DNA from: Halocafeteria seosinensis
Taxonomy: Eukaryota
DNA: 34,162 bases
Assembly (NCBI GenBank): GCA_001687465.1
Contig: LVLI01000485.1
Coordinates: forward strand, 1-34,162
Direction: 5' to 3'
Each line of letters starts with the position of its first letter. Position 1 is the first letter of the stretch. The notes below the pieces were generated by a model. That model was not told where the DNA came from, did no database searches, and worked only from the letters and a program-made list of their open reading frames with translations. The position numbers were made by a program, and so were the translations under genes. Positions 23,069 to 34,162 of this stretch are shown here, one piece after another.

Positions 23069-26000
23069 ATGTCAGCAGCACCACTGCTTGAAGGCTCCAC
23101 ACCCTATCAGTTGTTTGACGGCCAAAACGGGATGGATTCATACGGAAATTCATCCCCTGGAGGATCTGGTACGGGATCCTCCCAGCCCGAACATGCGTCC
23201 CCAGGTATGGAGCTTCCCCACCTTCCTCGAGAACCAGAAAAAAGGAAACATGACCCAGTCGAGCAAGAGCAACCCTTCCTCAGAGGATATGATAACAAAG
23301 GTCCGTGTCGTGTATCTCATGATACTTGCTTCCTCTTTGGAGGTGCTACTGTATTTCTTGGCGCTCCGCAGAATTTCAATCGGAAACCGACTGGCGAACT
23401 GGAAAGCCTCTACCGAGTTCGTACGAGAGACATATCGACGAAACCTTACCAAAGCTAGGGAGAGCTCTTCTTCTCCTTCTGACTGGTGCACTTACTCTTG
23501 GTGGTTTAGTGACCGCCAAGATATCCCTTTTCGCTATTGGTGAACACTACCGATGGAATGAGGCCAAAGGCAACCAAAGTGACATGAACGACCTAAGAGT
23601 AGCAACATTCTGGGCAATGTTTGGTCCAGTTTCCCTGCAACTATTATATGTCCTTGTCATTTATATCTTTACGTCCACACCCAAAAGAGGGCCTAATGTC
23701 CACAGGAGAGCAACAAAGACCTCATGGACTCAGCCCATAAGGGAGTTATGTTGGTCGTGCTCAGATAGGTCCCAAAGTCAGGAAGTCAGCTACGAGAACA
23801 GGCAACGATATCGTGCATATGTTTTCGTAAGTCTGATCACAAGATGCATTACTGGTTCTTCCAAACACTGCCGTTTTGCTGCCTCAGGCATTACTTGACG
23901 GGATGCTTTCTGCTCTAGGCAGTATAGCACTTCAGCTATGGATAATTCCAGCACAAAGTTGGATATGGACTTCCATTGGAATGATACTGATTCCTGTCGT
24001 GTCAAATATCGCTTTGCTAGCTTTTAGAATTTGGAATCGCACCTGGGCCACGTTCAAACGGGGAAGAGTAATTATTTGCGCTTCGGTTATTGCTGCTGTA
24101 GGCCAGATTATCTCGTTGTGCTACCACTCGGCCCTAAAACAACCAGTCCAAACTCATAGGCTTCGGCAACTTGTCATCCCCGTTACACTGTGTGGAGGAA
24201 TCAATATTATTAAAACGCGGTGGAGCAAGGACAGAAGCGCCAAGAACATGTTCGATATGGACATAAAATCAAAGTCGTTCCGATTTCGGAAGGCGCTTAT
24301 AAAACTGCTTACAGAAGCAGCTATTATCGGCTTTACAGTAACGTTCCTTCATGAAGAAGGGCCCATGTACTGGGATTCTGGAAATAGCCTTGGTTTACCG
24401 TCACAATGCTGCCGTTACTTTTGGGATTTCAACGCGATGGTATCGAACAAGTATATGCTTTTACCGATTGCCCATTTGGTAGGATCCTTGGTTGCAATTA
24501 GGTCGGCGACTTTAGCATCCAATATTCGTATGAACTTAATTGGGATAGTTATCCCTTTAGTTTTATTTTGGCCAGTGTTGCTAGGGCTGGCTGCGAAATA
24601 CGGGAACCAGTTTCCTGAACCATTTACATGGAATTTCGAAGGAATGGATTCTGGGGAGCATAGCGCCATTATAGTGTGTTGGACACTGGCATACCTTGGA
24701 CATGTAAGTGCCTTGCGGTTTCGTTCCACCGCCCATTCGTCTTAAGCTTTTTGCGTCTATTGCAGTTCTGGGCCATCGGAGACATTGTTTATGAGGAAAG
24801 CACAGCACTCATACCCGAACATTGTAGGTGGTATCAACCGTTTTTCAACACACTTGTGTTGGAACAAAGCCTTCTTTATACTAGAGGCGGTAAGCCGAAG
24901 GAAAATTTCTACAAAGAGGAACCTGAGCCGGACCAAAGGAAGGCCAGCGGCTCTTCACATGACGAGGAAGAAGAGCTGGAGACAAAAGTTTTGGAGAAGA
25001 TTACTGAAAATCATAACACCAGCACACTGACTGCTAAGAGACCACAGCATCACGTTGTCTTGGCAACTTGTATGTGGCACGAGGACTCTCACGAAATGGA
25101 ACAGTGGATCAAATCACTGGGCAACATTGTGCGCGACGTTACGCGCTGTGCGAACGAGTAAGTGCTTCATCTCCTGTGGGTTTGCTTCCTAAGTTTCAAA
25201 TCCGCAAATTCACTGTCTTGAGCTTTCAGGTTCTATATTTCGCCAACCACCGGAGTACACACCGTTGACACATATGAAGCACACATAGTTGTAGATGGTG
25301 CTTTCGACAAACGAACTGTGAAGGATGCAATGCGTCGGTTGAATGTATACTCGGAGGGACTATTAAACGTCATCCACGACCACTTGCAGCCTATCATCGA
25401 TGATATTGAAACGGAAATAGTCCCTGATTCAAACAGTGTCAGTAAATCAGGCGTCAGTCATGGCACCGAAAAGAAGCCAGATTTTGATGAACATGACACA
25501 GAGTACGCGCCGACTGTCGGATCCGGGGAATCCGGGATTCCCCAGCCTAGTGAAGAGTCAAAAAAAGATTTACGAAACAGCATCTGGTCACAGCTGAATA
25601 TGAATCAAAAACTAACGGAGTATGGGATTCAATTGCATGTAGACCTGATACCGGAAACTGTAAAGCGCAAAATCGATGATAAGATTCGAGAAGAGATTGC
25701 AGGTATCTTTAGAAACCTAAAGAAAAGTATTGGGGAGGAGATCGGGGAAGATGATGTCCGGAGTACGGCAGTCAAGGAGAGGCTGAGGCGCCAGATGCAA
25801 GACTTGAGTTTTGATTTCTATATCCATCTTAAGGTAAGCACACGCAACCTCCTCAGGCTTCTGACACTTAATGATTGGATGAGGAGATCAAGCGTTTTGC
25901 AGGATCCACTGCTCACAATGAAGGGGAAACGAAGAGGACAACTGCTTTATATGAACTTTGTCCTCGGCGAAATGGAACGGAAGGCAACGTGGATTCCCTC

Positions 26001-28387
26001 CCTTGAGAAGACGCTACTAGTGACCACTGATGGTGATACGTCTTTCGCATACCGCGATTTGGATTCTTTGGTGGAGTCAATGGTAAGCAGGTCAGTTAGG
26101 TTGAGAGCTACTGTAACAGAGCATTCTAGTATATATTTCCATACAGGTGCGAGACGAAGATGCCGCCGGGTCGTGCGGTCGAATCAAACCAATTGGGGTG
26201 GGTTACATGCTGCCGTACCAGAAATTTGAGTACGCTTCAGGGCATTGGTTTCAGAAGACAGCCGAGCACGTTCTCGGTACGGTACAGTGTTGTCCAGGAT
26301 GTTTCAGCATTTGGAGAATGAGTCGCCTTCGGGATATCTTGCTTGAGTATTCTTCTTCTAGCAAGGATGGAGGCGACTTTTTAAGAAAGGACCTTGGGGA
26401 AGACCGATGGATGTGTACACTTTTGATACGACGTGGTTGGAGGATGCGATACTGCGCCGCAGCAGAGGCATACACATTTGCTCCGGAAGACTTTGACACT
26501 TTTTTTGAACAGCGTCGTCGATGGCTTGCTTCTACCTTAGCGAATATGTGGGATCTCGTCTTGGTGGGTCGTTATGTGTCTCTAGAGTACGGTGCAACGG
26601 GTTTACCCATATATTATCGGGCGTACATTTTGCTGATGTTTGTCTTAGGTCTGTTTACCCCTTCAACAGTAGTGCTCCTGACCATTGGTGGCCTACAGTT
26701 GAAGCACAGCAGCGCAATCGCTCCAATAGTGGGCGTTCTCCTCCCGCTGACATATGTAGTCCTTCTTGTGTGGCAGGAATATCGGAAATCTAATCCCGGG
26801 GTCACACTTCTTAAATTACTCTGTTACTGCAACCGAGATGCTGACGTCCACAAAGAAAGCCCTCCTTCTCAGGCGAGCCTTTTCGGTACGTTTAAGAAGC
26901 AGCAGCTTACGCTCGCCAAGATTTTAAGCGTCATCTACATGGGTCTACTTATTGCGGTCTTGGTTGGCCTTCTTAGGCATGCTATTTCTTCCTTCCTGGA
27001 CCCGGATAATTTGTTTTTTGTTTTACTCGTGGGACTATTTCTCGTAACGTTTGTACTTCACCCGCGCGACATGAAACTGACGCTGTACGGGATCATTTAC
27101 TTCCTCCTGGTACCCATGGGATATTTGGTTCTTTATATGTACGCGATGGCAAATATGAATGTCAAGAGCTGGGGAACACGCAGTGCTGATGCTGATTCAA
27201 ACTCCAATGGGAACTTTAGAGTCCTAGAAGATCCCATTGCGACTTACATCATGGTACGCCAGCAAGAACAGGAACAGATGGACGGAACAGCCAGTAGAAA
27301 AGACTCTGAAGTCGCTATAGAGGTATTGGACATGAACAGAGTAGTGCTGGAGTCCTTCGCCCGATATTTCATTCAAAAATTCAAAGGCATCAACTGCGAA
27401 GGCCCTGTAATGTTGTTGCTTGACCACGATGACTCTCGAAAGGAAGCAAATGCAGACCCTTGGCGCTCTCTAGGTATTGGTTCCCATCGCATGAGCGACG
27501 GTAAAACTGAGTCAGACGACGAAAACAAGATGAAGGAGCGTATTCGCAAGCGAATCAAGGACTGGAAGGACACAAAGAAAGAGGGTGACGCGAAGGACGA
27601 AAAGGAAACGTGTGACCAAAACGAAGAGAGCGATGCGAAATGCAAAAACGAAGACGGTATTGCGACTGGTGGAGAACTGGGCAAATTATGCTGGGCTGTG
27701 TTTTGTACTCACTCACAGATTGACGGAGAACGGATGAGTCAACGTGAGGTCGAAGACGTCCATCCCTTGTCGAGTTCAATGCTTCTAGAAAAAGCTGGTG
27801 CGCTTTATATTGAGACAAATTTCACAACTCTTATCAAACAAACTTACTTGGACAGCTGGAGGCGCAAAGTCCTAGACGATTGTAAGGGGTATGGCCAGAA
27901 TATTCGAGACAACGTGCTCTCTCCGTATGAAGGAAGTAGTTGCGAAGATTTGCAAGAGTTGGATAAGGGAGTGAAACATGATGAGAACGTCGAGAAGTTT
28001 CGGAAGGCGAACGAGAGAATAAAGCCCGACAAGGACAAAGAAAAGCTAGACAAAGAGGTTCAGAACAAGTTGAATACAATGCGGAACAACGTGAGTACGG
28101 GCATCCTGGTGCTGAACGTGCTGTGGATTGTCGCAATCGTAATCGTATCGCTTGTCCCAGCAATCAAAGTGGATGGAGCCAACGTGGCAGGTTTAGTTTT
28201 CTTGGGTGTGTGTGCCCTTTTGCTGACTGTTCAATTTTTTTGCATGCTTAAGCATCGGTGGCATACTTTCGAAATTATCGTTTCCATGCCTCTAGGATTT
28301 GAAAGCCGGTTTCATAGAAAGATCACTCAGTGGTTAAACAAGTGTTTTCGGAAGGAACCGAAACCTCGCGGTCATTCGAGAAACTAA
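23069..28387 (+). CDS. CHS: Chitin synthase, animal-type architecture; join(23069..23300,23372..23826,23888..24703,24766..25157,25230..25833,25903..26082,26147..28387), 1639 aa
   Basis: Six GT-AG introns (61-72 nt) give a 4920-nt open frame. Motifs: ATCMWHE, EAHIVVDGAF, HLKD..KR, TDGDT, CGRIKP, YQKFEYASGHWFQKTAEHVLG.V.CCPGCFS, GEDRW, QRRRW, SWGTR, QFFCMLKHRW. TM clusters at both ends. Confidence 0.95.
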
Positions 28388-28629
28388 TTATGGAAGGTTG
28401 TTGTTCTCTTAGGGTTGCACCAATACAGTACAATATGTCGTTGGCACTGATTGAGCTGAAAACAATTTGCCCTGCAGGATCGACAGTGTCGTTCGGCGAG
28501 ACTTCGCCGTCCATCACCAAGCAGCAAATAGGTATGCAGACGTTTAATATTCACCTTCGTCCAAAAGTTCATGCTAACCGGTATGCTAGTTCCCCGAAAT
28601 GAAAACTCCCAACAACTTATAATACTATA

Positions 28630-28830
28630 ATACCTAGTAGACCATGAGCCTCGGATTCAGGTCGCTGGAAGAGTTCAACCAGGATATGGCCGACGTGGTG
28701 CGCAAAGAGCTGAAGTGGTAAGACGCACTCCACGCTCACACGGTTGCACGAGCCAAGTTGTCCACGGAGGGAGGAGGACTGGGAATAGGAGAAGCATAGC
28801 ATATCTCCGGGGAGATCGACTCGGCATAAA
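28630..28830 (+). mobile_element. Short relic of a non-LTR retrotransposon RT thumb region (CRE-like)
   Basis: LEEFNQDMADVVRKELKW*DALHAHTVARAKLSTEGGGLGI resembles the F(D)..L...qa.LP..GGLGI motif. Contains stops. Confidence 0.45.
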
Positions 28831-29982
28831 CGCTCCAACTGCGCAAGATTGCTTCGCGCTACTCTCTACACTTGTTATTCTCTTTGAGAACATAAGAGAA
28901 TGCTTGATGGAGCGGTTCAGGATGAGTTCACCCCTTACATGTCGTAACGTAGCCTGTAGCCTACCCGTCTTCCCGCAGGAGCAATTGTTGTCCTCGTCAG
29001 CTCATCAGTAGTCCGTCGCTGTGTGTTAATCCAGTATTGGATGCGGAAATTGTCTGGAACAGATGACGTTCCATTACATCAGAGACCAAGGTACGGTGGC
29101 AACATTCGTTGATTCCTGAGGTGATAGGGCAACCGCCCCTCCTCCGGAGGAAGTCAGGTGCGATTTCCGCGTACACTAGGTGTGTAACCGGAAGCTACGA
29201 ACACCCTACAGGTCCGGCGAGGCACTAGCGAAACAATAGGGAAAACGTCCATTAAATCTAGGAAACGTCCTCGTCTCGAAATAGCTATTCCAATTCTTCC
29301 GAAGAGAAGAAGAAGCAGCGTAAGTAGCCATAGTCTACATATGTGGAAGATACCCTGTGTACTTTCCATTGGGAATATGTATGCCGTCAATCGTAGCATC
29401 GAAGAATGGGGAGAACAAGAACCTTATGGGTTGCGAAGCATTCTTATAGACTACACAAAAAAAAACTTCCGATATCCCTCCTACTTCTCACTGAAAACCT
29501 TGTCCCACATGTATCCTCAAGTGTGTTGTAGATTTAGGTGAAGTTAATGTCGTGATTCCGGCAACGGCGAACTGCGACTTGTCTAGCGTCAGTGACACTT
29601 TTAACTCCTGGACACCTCCCCAAGCCGGAACATAGTACCTGGATATACTTCTGAGTTGTCCATTGAAGACTGGGTTAAGGTTAACGGGCTGAACTGCTCA
29701 GGGTAATCTAAATTTGAATTAAGAGGTTCACTTTTGGTTATACAGTAGTCACTTTTATATGCTAATAACAACTAGCTTCCAGAAACTGTGCGAATCCATT
29801 GCACAAAGTCACTACCGGTATTGAACGTCATTCTTCAAAGTTGTCCACCTGAATAATGCCATGGTACTCCCTTGCAACATGCGTAACCAGATCACATAAT
29901 TCGACGGAAGAAGCAGATATACGGTACGATACCCTGCTATCACAGTCGTGTTTGCCCGGCCGGTGGGCTATCTGTCACATTT

Positions 29983-30006
29983 GTGTGTGTGTGTGTGTGT
30001 GTGTGT
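29983..30006. repeat. (GT)n microsatellite
   Basis: About 12 GT units, seen directly. Confidence 0.9.
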
Positions 30007-30095
30007 CGTGTTTGTGCTTGTGTCGATTCACTTTAGTCGGAACACCTGATTTCAAGGTAGCAATGGAGCATCTGTTGAGTGCCTTTATAGTCATC

Positions 30096-31874
30096 TCACT
30101 GAAGTTTGCAGCATTTGTCATAACAACCCGGGGGAGGTGGTGGTGGCGGCGGATCTGTACTACTCGAAGATTCGGAGGAAATTTCAATCGAATGATCCAC
30201 AACTCCTCCTGCATGCCTAATAAGTTCAACTACTAAACTCCATTCAGTGTCCTGATTGACTACTTCTCCGGAAAGACACGTTGCCAATAGTTGGCTGGCA
30301 TCTATCATACCCCGTCGTGTGCCTATGCTGTTTTCCACCTTTATCTCGCCACCAAACCAAGATTTTACAGTCTTGGTGCACTCCCGGATAGCGGTGACGA
30401 TTTGGGACCGAGTCCCCTGTGTGTTCTCCCACCTCTTCCACTGCTCTACATCTCCTTGGTCGGCTAGTTCTAAACTTACTTTAGTGACAACTGACCCCAT
30501 GAAACCGATATCCGAGGAACCCAGCTGTGTCAGATTTCTGGCACGCGCCTGTTCTCGCTGCTCAAATCCCCAGTTCATTGGCCTGAGTAAGACTTTCGCT
30601 AGAACCCGAAATCCGTCGGGGAAAAAGTGCTCGACGAATCTTTCTGCTTTGCTAGCCGCCGAACCTAAACTTCCTACTAGATCTCCGGGACTAGAGATTC
30701 CGCCAGCTGCAGTTCTACCGGTTGGGTTAGCAACGCAGCCTGCATAACACTCGTTAAAAACCTTCCTGAACGCGAGAGAGTAATTGTATTTCTCCTTGTT
30801 CCGGTACACGCTTTTTTCCTTTTCAAACCAAAACAGTTTATCTGGGTTTTCTCTAATGGCCTCACTTACTTCCTCCCGCTCCACTTTACGCTTCTCTAAA
30901 TCATCAATCCTCTCAATCAGATCGAGGATGCAATCATCTGAGGCGGGCCGCGCCCCCAACACTTCTTTTTGCAGCAAGTCCCCAACAGCTTGTATGATGC
31001 TAGTGCACTCTGACTGCTCAAAGAAAATGGAAATACTCTCCTGGGAAAAGACCCGTAACAATTCATGCAACAGTACACGGCGGTCTCTACCGAGGGAGTC
31101 GTCAAGGGAACCAGTTCCTTTCAGCATATAAGTGTAGCTGGTGCGGATTGCATCGACTGCCTCGTGTAATCTCTTGTAAAGACCCAAGATGATAGCTTTG
31201 TTGATCCAGTAAATGGGCTGCTCCTTGTCGATATCCAGGGCACTGTCGCAGCAACTCATTCCTTTGTCCAGCTCGCCTGTACAACGCAGCGCCATTCCTT
31301 TAGCGTTGTAGAGATCAGCCCTTAATTCACTTGTTGTTGACAATTCAAGTGCCACGTCGTAGCATTGGAGGGCGTGGTGGTAGAAACCTCCAGAACAAAA
31401 CGAGTTTCCCTTCAGAAAATAATGCATCGCATCTGCTGTGGCATTGGACCGGATATGCGGGGTATCTGCCCCTTTCCGCAAGCGCATTTCGACGGCGGAC
31501 GTATAGTCTTCCATGGACCTAGAAGGACGTATCCTAAGCGCTTGATAATAGCATTGGGCGGCTTTACTGGGTTCACCCATATCATCCAAAGCTACCCCTT
31601 TGTTCACGTAAGCATTAGCAAAGTGCGGGTCGATTTGCAACGCGCGGTCAAAGCACTCCACGGCTTGCTGGTACCGTCCCATGTCATCCAAAATAAGTCC
31701 CTTGCCATTATGCGCAAACGGATCGTAGGGATCAAGTTCTAGGATCCGATCGTAGTAGTAAAGCGCTTCTGAGTGAGGTCCGTTGGAATCCTCGCCAGGG
31801 TGCGACTCCGAGGAATCCGAGCCACCCTGCCGCTCTGAACCTTCGCGGGCATTCCGCTGCTTCTCGCTGCTCAT
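30096..31874 (-). CDS. TPR-repeat protein with an uncharacterised helical C-terminal domain and a terminal CaaX motif
   Basis: Intronless 592-aa ORF from MSSEKQ. About six TPRs (AHNGKGLILDDMGRYQQAVECFDRALQIDP; AYVNKGVAL; LYNAKGMAL). Ends PPPPPPPGCYDKCCKLQ*. Confidence 0.85.
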   Translation of the reverse strand: MSSEKQRNAREGSERQGGSDSSESHPGEDSNGPHSEALYYYDRILELDPYDPFAHNGKGLILDDMGRYQQAVECFDRALQIDPHFANAYVNKGVALDDMGEPSKAAQCYYQALRIRPSRSMEDYTSAVEMRLRKGADTPHIRSNATADAMHYFLKGNSFCSGGFYHHALQCYDVALELSTTSELRADLYNAKGMALRCTGELDKGMSCCDSALDIDKEQPIYWINKAIILGLYKRLHEAVDAIRTSYTYMLKGTGSLDDSLGRDRRVLLHELLRVFSQESISIFFEQSECTSIIQAVGDLLQKEVLGARPASDDCILDLIERIDDLEKRKVEREEVSEAIRENPDKLFWFEKEKSVYRNKEKYNYSLAFRKVFNECYAGCVANPTGRTAAGGISSPGDLVGSLGSAASKAERFVEHFFPDGFRVLAKVLLRPMNWGFEQREQARARNLTQLGSSDIGFMGSVVTKVSLELADQGDVEQWKRWENTQGTRSQIVTAIRECTKTVKSWFGGEIKVENSIGTRRGMIDASQLLATCLSGEVVNQDTEWSLVVELIRHAGGVVDHSIEISSESSSSTDPPPPPPPPGCYDKCCKLQ

Positions 31875-32576
31875 TTCCCTGATGATAATGTGGTGCACTT
31901 AGAAAGCGTCGGAATAACCTCTCTCATTAGGGTATGAAGCACCTTATGGTGAGTTGAAGCCGACGATAAGCCAGGAGCTAAGAGGAAAGATCCTCCTTCC
32001 AGGGCTACAGGGAGGGTGGCTGCTAGCTGCTGAGTTCTTTGGCTGTGTCCCGGGTGTTTCAAATGGGGATAGGTGTAGCAAACCCCTTTCTTCTTGCCTT
32101 TTAACAAAGCCTTCCCACCCGCTGTGAAGCATGGGTGGTGAAGTACAGTACCGGAACAAAAGAAAAAGCTTGGAACCCAGCTATATATGAACTACAGTAC
32201 AAGCTTTACTAAGCGGCAGCTTCCACAGTTGCATGATATGCAGTCGTACAGCACATCCACCCACATCCGACCTCGATTTGGATGCTATGCTGTCGATAGC
32301 GAGAGCCCTCTGAAAGTGTGAGAAGTGACGGTGGTGCGGCCCTCTTTCATGTGTGTGTGTGAAGTTCAGGATGGGATGAGCTGGCATCATGAGACCCTCA
32401 CCGCATTCTTTCAATGTCTGATTGTGTTTGTTACTGGTGTTCATGAAGCTAGAGAACTGATCCACTAGAGAATGATCGGAAGAACCAAGTCATTGAGGCC
32501 ATAGCTGGTGGGGATTAACGATGAGTGCTCGTGATCCGGCAGCAGCAAAGGCCACTGTAAATAAGGTCTGTCTGTC

Positions 32577-32608
32577 TGTGTGTGTGTGTGTGTGTGTGTG
32601 CGTGTGTG
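32577..32608. repeat. (GT)n microsatellite preceded by (GTCT)n
   Basis: Seen directly. Confidence 0.9.
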
Positions 32609-32723
32609 TTTCGTGTAGGTGCTCACTGATGGAGATCTGCGGATATGAACTTCGGTTGCTGGCAAAGGCTAAGACAAGATCCTCGACCATCAGGAGACGA
32701 CGATTCACTAGAAATCGGACAAA

Positions 32724-32810
32724 GTATCCCGGGATGCTCTCCGACAGTATCCCGGGATGCGCTGCCCCGAGTATCCTGGGATGCTCTGTCCGGGTATCCC
32801 GGGATGCTCT
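32724..32810. repeat. Array of four near-palindromic GTATCC(C/T)GGGATGC motifs, period 23-24 bp
   Basis: Copies start at 32724, 32747, 32771 and 32794, separated by variable linkers. Confidence 0.9.
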
Positions 32811-33569
32811 TTTTGGGATCGCCCCCCAAAAACACTTACAGTTGTATAACCTGGCTAGAATGTATCGTACAACCATACAAAGTATATGTACATGTAGTGT
32901 AATCAGATATCTTGTATTTCGGTACGTTTCAAGATGGGGTTCTTAATTATACATGAATGAGACGGCAATACGTGGGCGAAGATGAAGCTCGGAGCCGAGA
33001 CAGTCTGGCGAGAAGGGCTCATATGCAACATGTAAGGTGCCAATCTCTGAAATATTTGGTGAATATGTCAATACTTGTGTGTTTAACACATTGGAAAGCG
33101 CAGACTAGTTTGATTTCACTGGGGATACGATTCATTCTCTGGTTCCAGAGACTCTCCTCCTGTGAAGTCGAGCCATGAGAGAGACCCGGAAAACCCGGTC
33201 AGAAAGCACCATTATCGTCGGATTGTTCGTGTAACAATCGGCTCCCACCCTTTTCCACTCATATGGGTATCGTATCATGCCTTCAGATGGATGCTAAATT
33301 AGCTGCTGTAGGTGCATGAGCTCCGAGAGACTGTTGAAGTTGCACGGCTACGCGGCGCAGAAATACAGGGAACTTTACGGCGGCCAAACAACACTTACAG
33401 CCCATTTTTTGCCCTTTCAATTAAACCCTCTCAATTCCTGAACAAGGGTTCTTATCATGATCCCTAGTTTGGGTTGTTTGCGTTCGGGGGATACCATGAA
33501 TGTTGTCGCTGATTTCTCCTTAGGAAGGTGGGAAAAGGAGGTCCGTAATTGGCCAAATGGAGTGCTCTC

Positions 33570-34162
33570 GTACTCAGCGATGGATTTATCCGACGCTTTG
33601 AGATTATGAATTCCGCTTTAGTATTGATTGGGTTAGAATGTACAATGGTTGGATGCTTTCCGGGTTAAGGCGGATAGCCTAAAGCATAGACCCCCAAAAT
33701 AGGTGATTTGGTTGAAGTCGGACGTGGGAAGGCGGGCACTTTCAGTTGGAAGATGAGGGATACTATGGAGTATATATGGAGATAGGACTGGTACATACAT
33801 TTTCCGTAAGCGTATAATATTTTGTTTATGCAACAGCGTGGAAATCATGTCGATAGGGATACCACGAAATATTTAGGTAAAGCTCTCCCTCTCCCCGGAT
33901 TCCCAGAGAAGAAAAAGTGGCTGTTGTAAACGGCCTTGTACTCAGGGATGGATTTATCCGACTTTTTGAGATTATGAATTCCGCTTTAGTATTGATTGGG
34001 TTAGAGTGTACAACGGTTGGATGCTTTCCGGGTTAAGGCGGATAGCCTAAAGCATAGACCCCCAAAATAGGTGATTTGGTTGAAGTCGGACGTGGGAAGG
34101 CGGGCACTTTCAGTTGGAAGATGAGGGATACTATGGAGTATATATGGAGATAGGACTGGTAC
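33570..34162. repeat. Direct repeat of at least 225 bp with a 368-bp offset (33570..33794 vs 33938..34162)
   Basis: Five mismatches counted in 225 bp. The second copy runs off the window end. Confidence 0.95.

Noticed and set aside
23069..26229. Fragmented ORFs suggesting a CHS pseudogene or several genes
   Set aside because: All breaks are explained by canonical introns that give one open frame.
29040..29710. Possible small or decayed plus-strand gene with a GTAAGT donor near 29320
   Set aside because: No recognisable motif or coherent exon chain.
32724..32810. CRISPR array
   Set aside because: Repeats (14 bp) and spacers (9-10 bp) are far too short, there are no cas genes, and the context is eukaryotic.

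Overview
Compact eukaryotic nuclear DNA with short GT-AG introns (mostly 56-75 nt). RPB8 and SEC22 look stramenopile-like, which is my inference from remembered sequences. The window has two parts. Bases 1-14.8 kb are a dense housekeeping block: CLU1/CLUH, NDUFS8, SEC22, ADA2, RPB8 and a SCPEP1-like carboxypeptidase. Bases 15.3-34.1 kb are an accessory region. It holds a spliced Crinkler-like restriction-endonuclease-plus-kinase gene disrupted by an 11-bp duplication and a second PD-(D/E)XK-like ORF, both bracketed by two NmrA-like pseudogene copies. It also holds relics of RLE-type (CRE-like) non-LTR retrotransposons, an intact 7-exon animal-type chitin synthase, a TPR protein ending in a CaaX box, an array of four near-palindromic motifs and a direct repeat with a 368-bp offset. 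Non-coding DNA is strongly enriched in TACAGTA/TACTGTA, the canonical Tc1-type excision footprint. All family assignments come from recognising motifs by eye; no searches were run.
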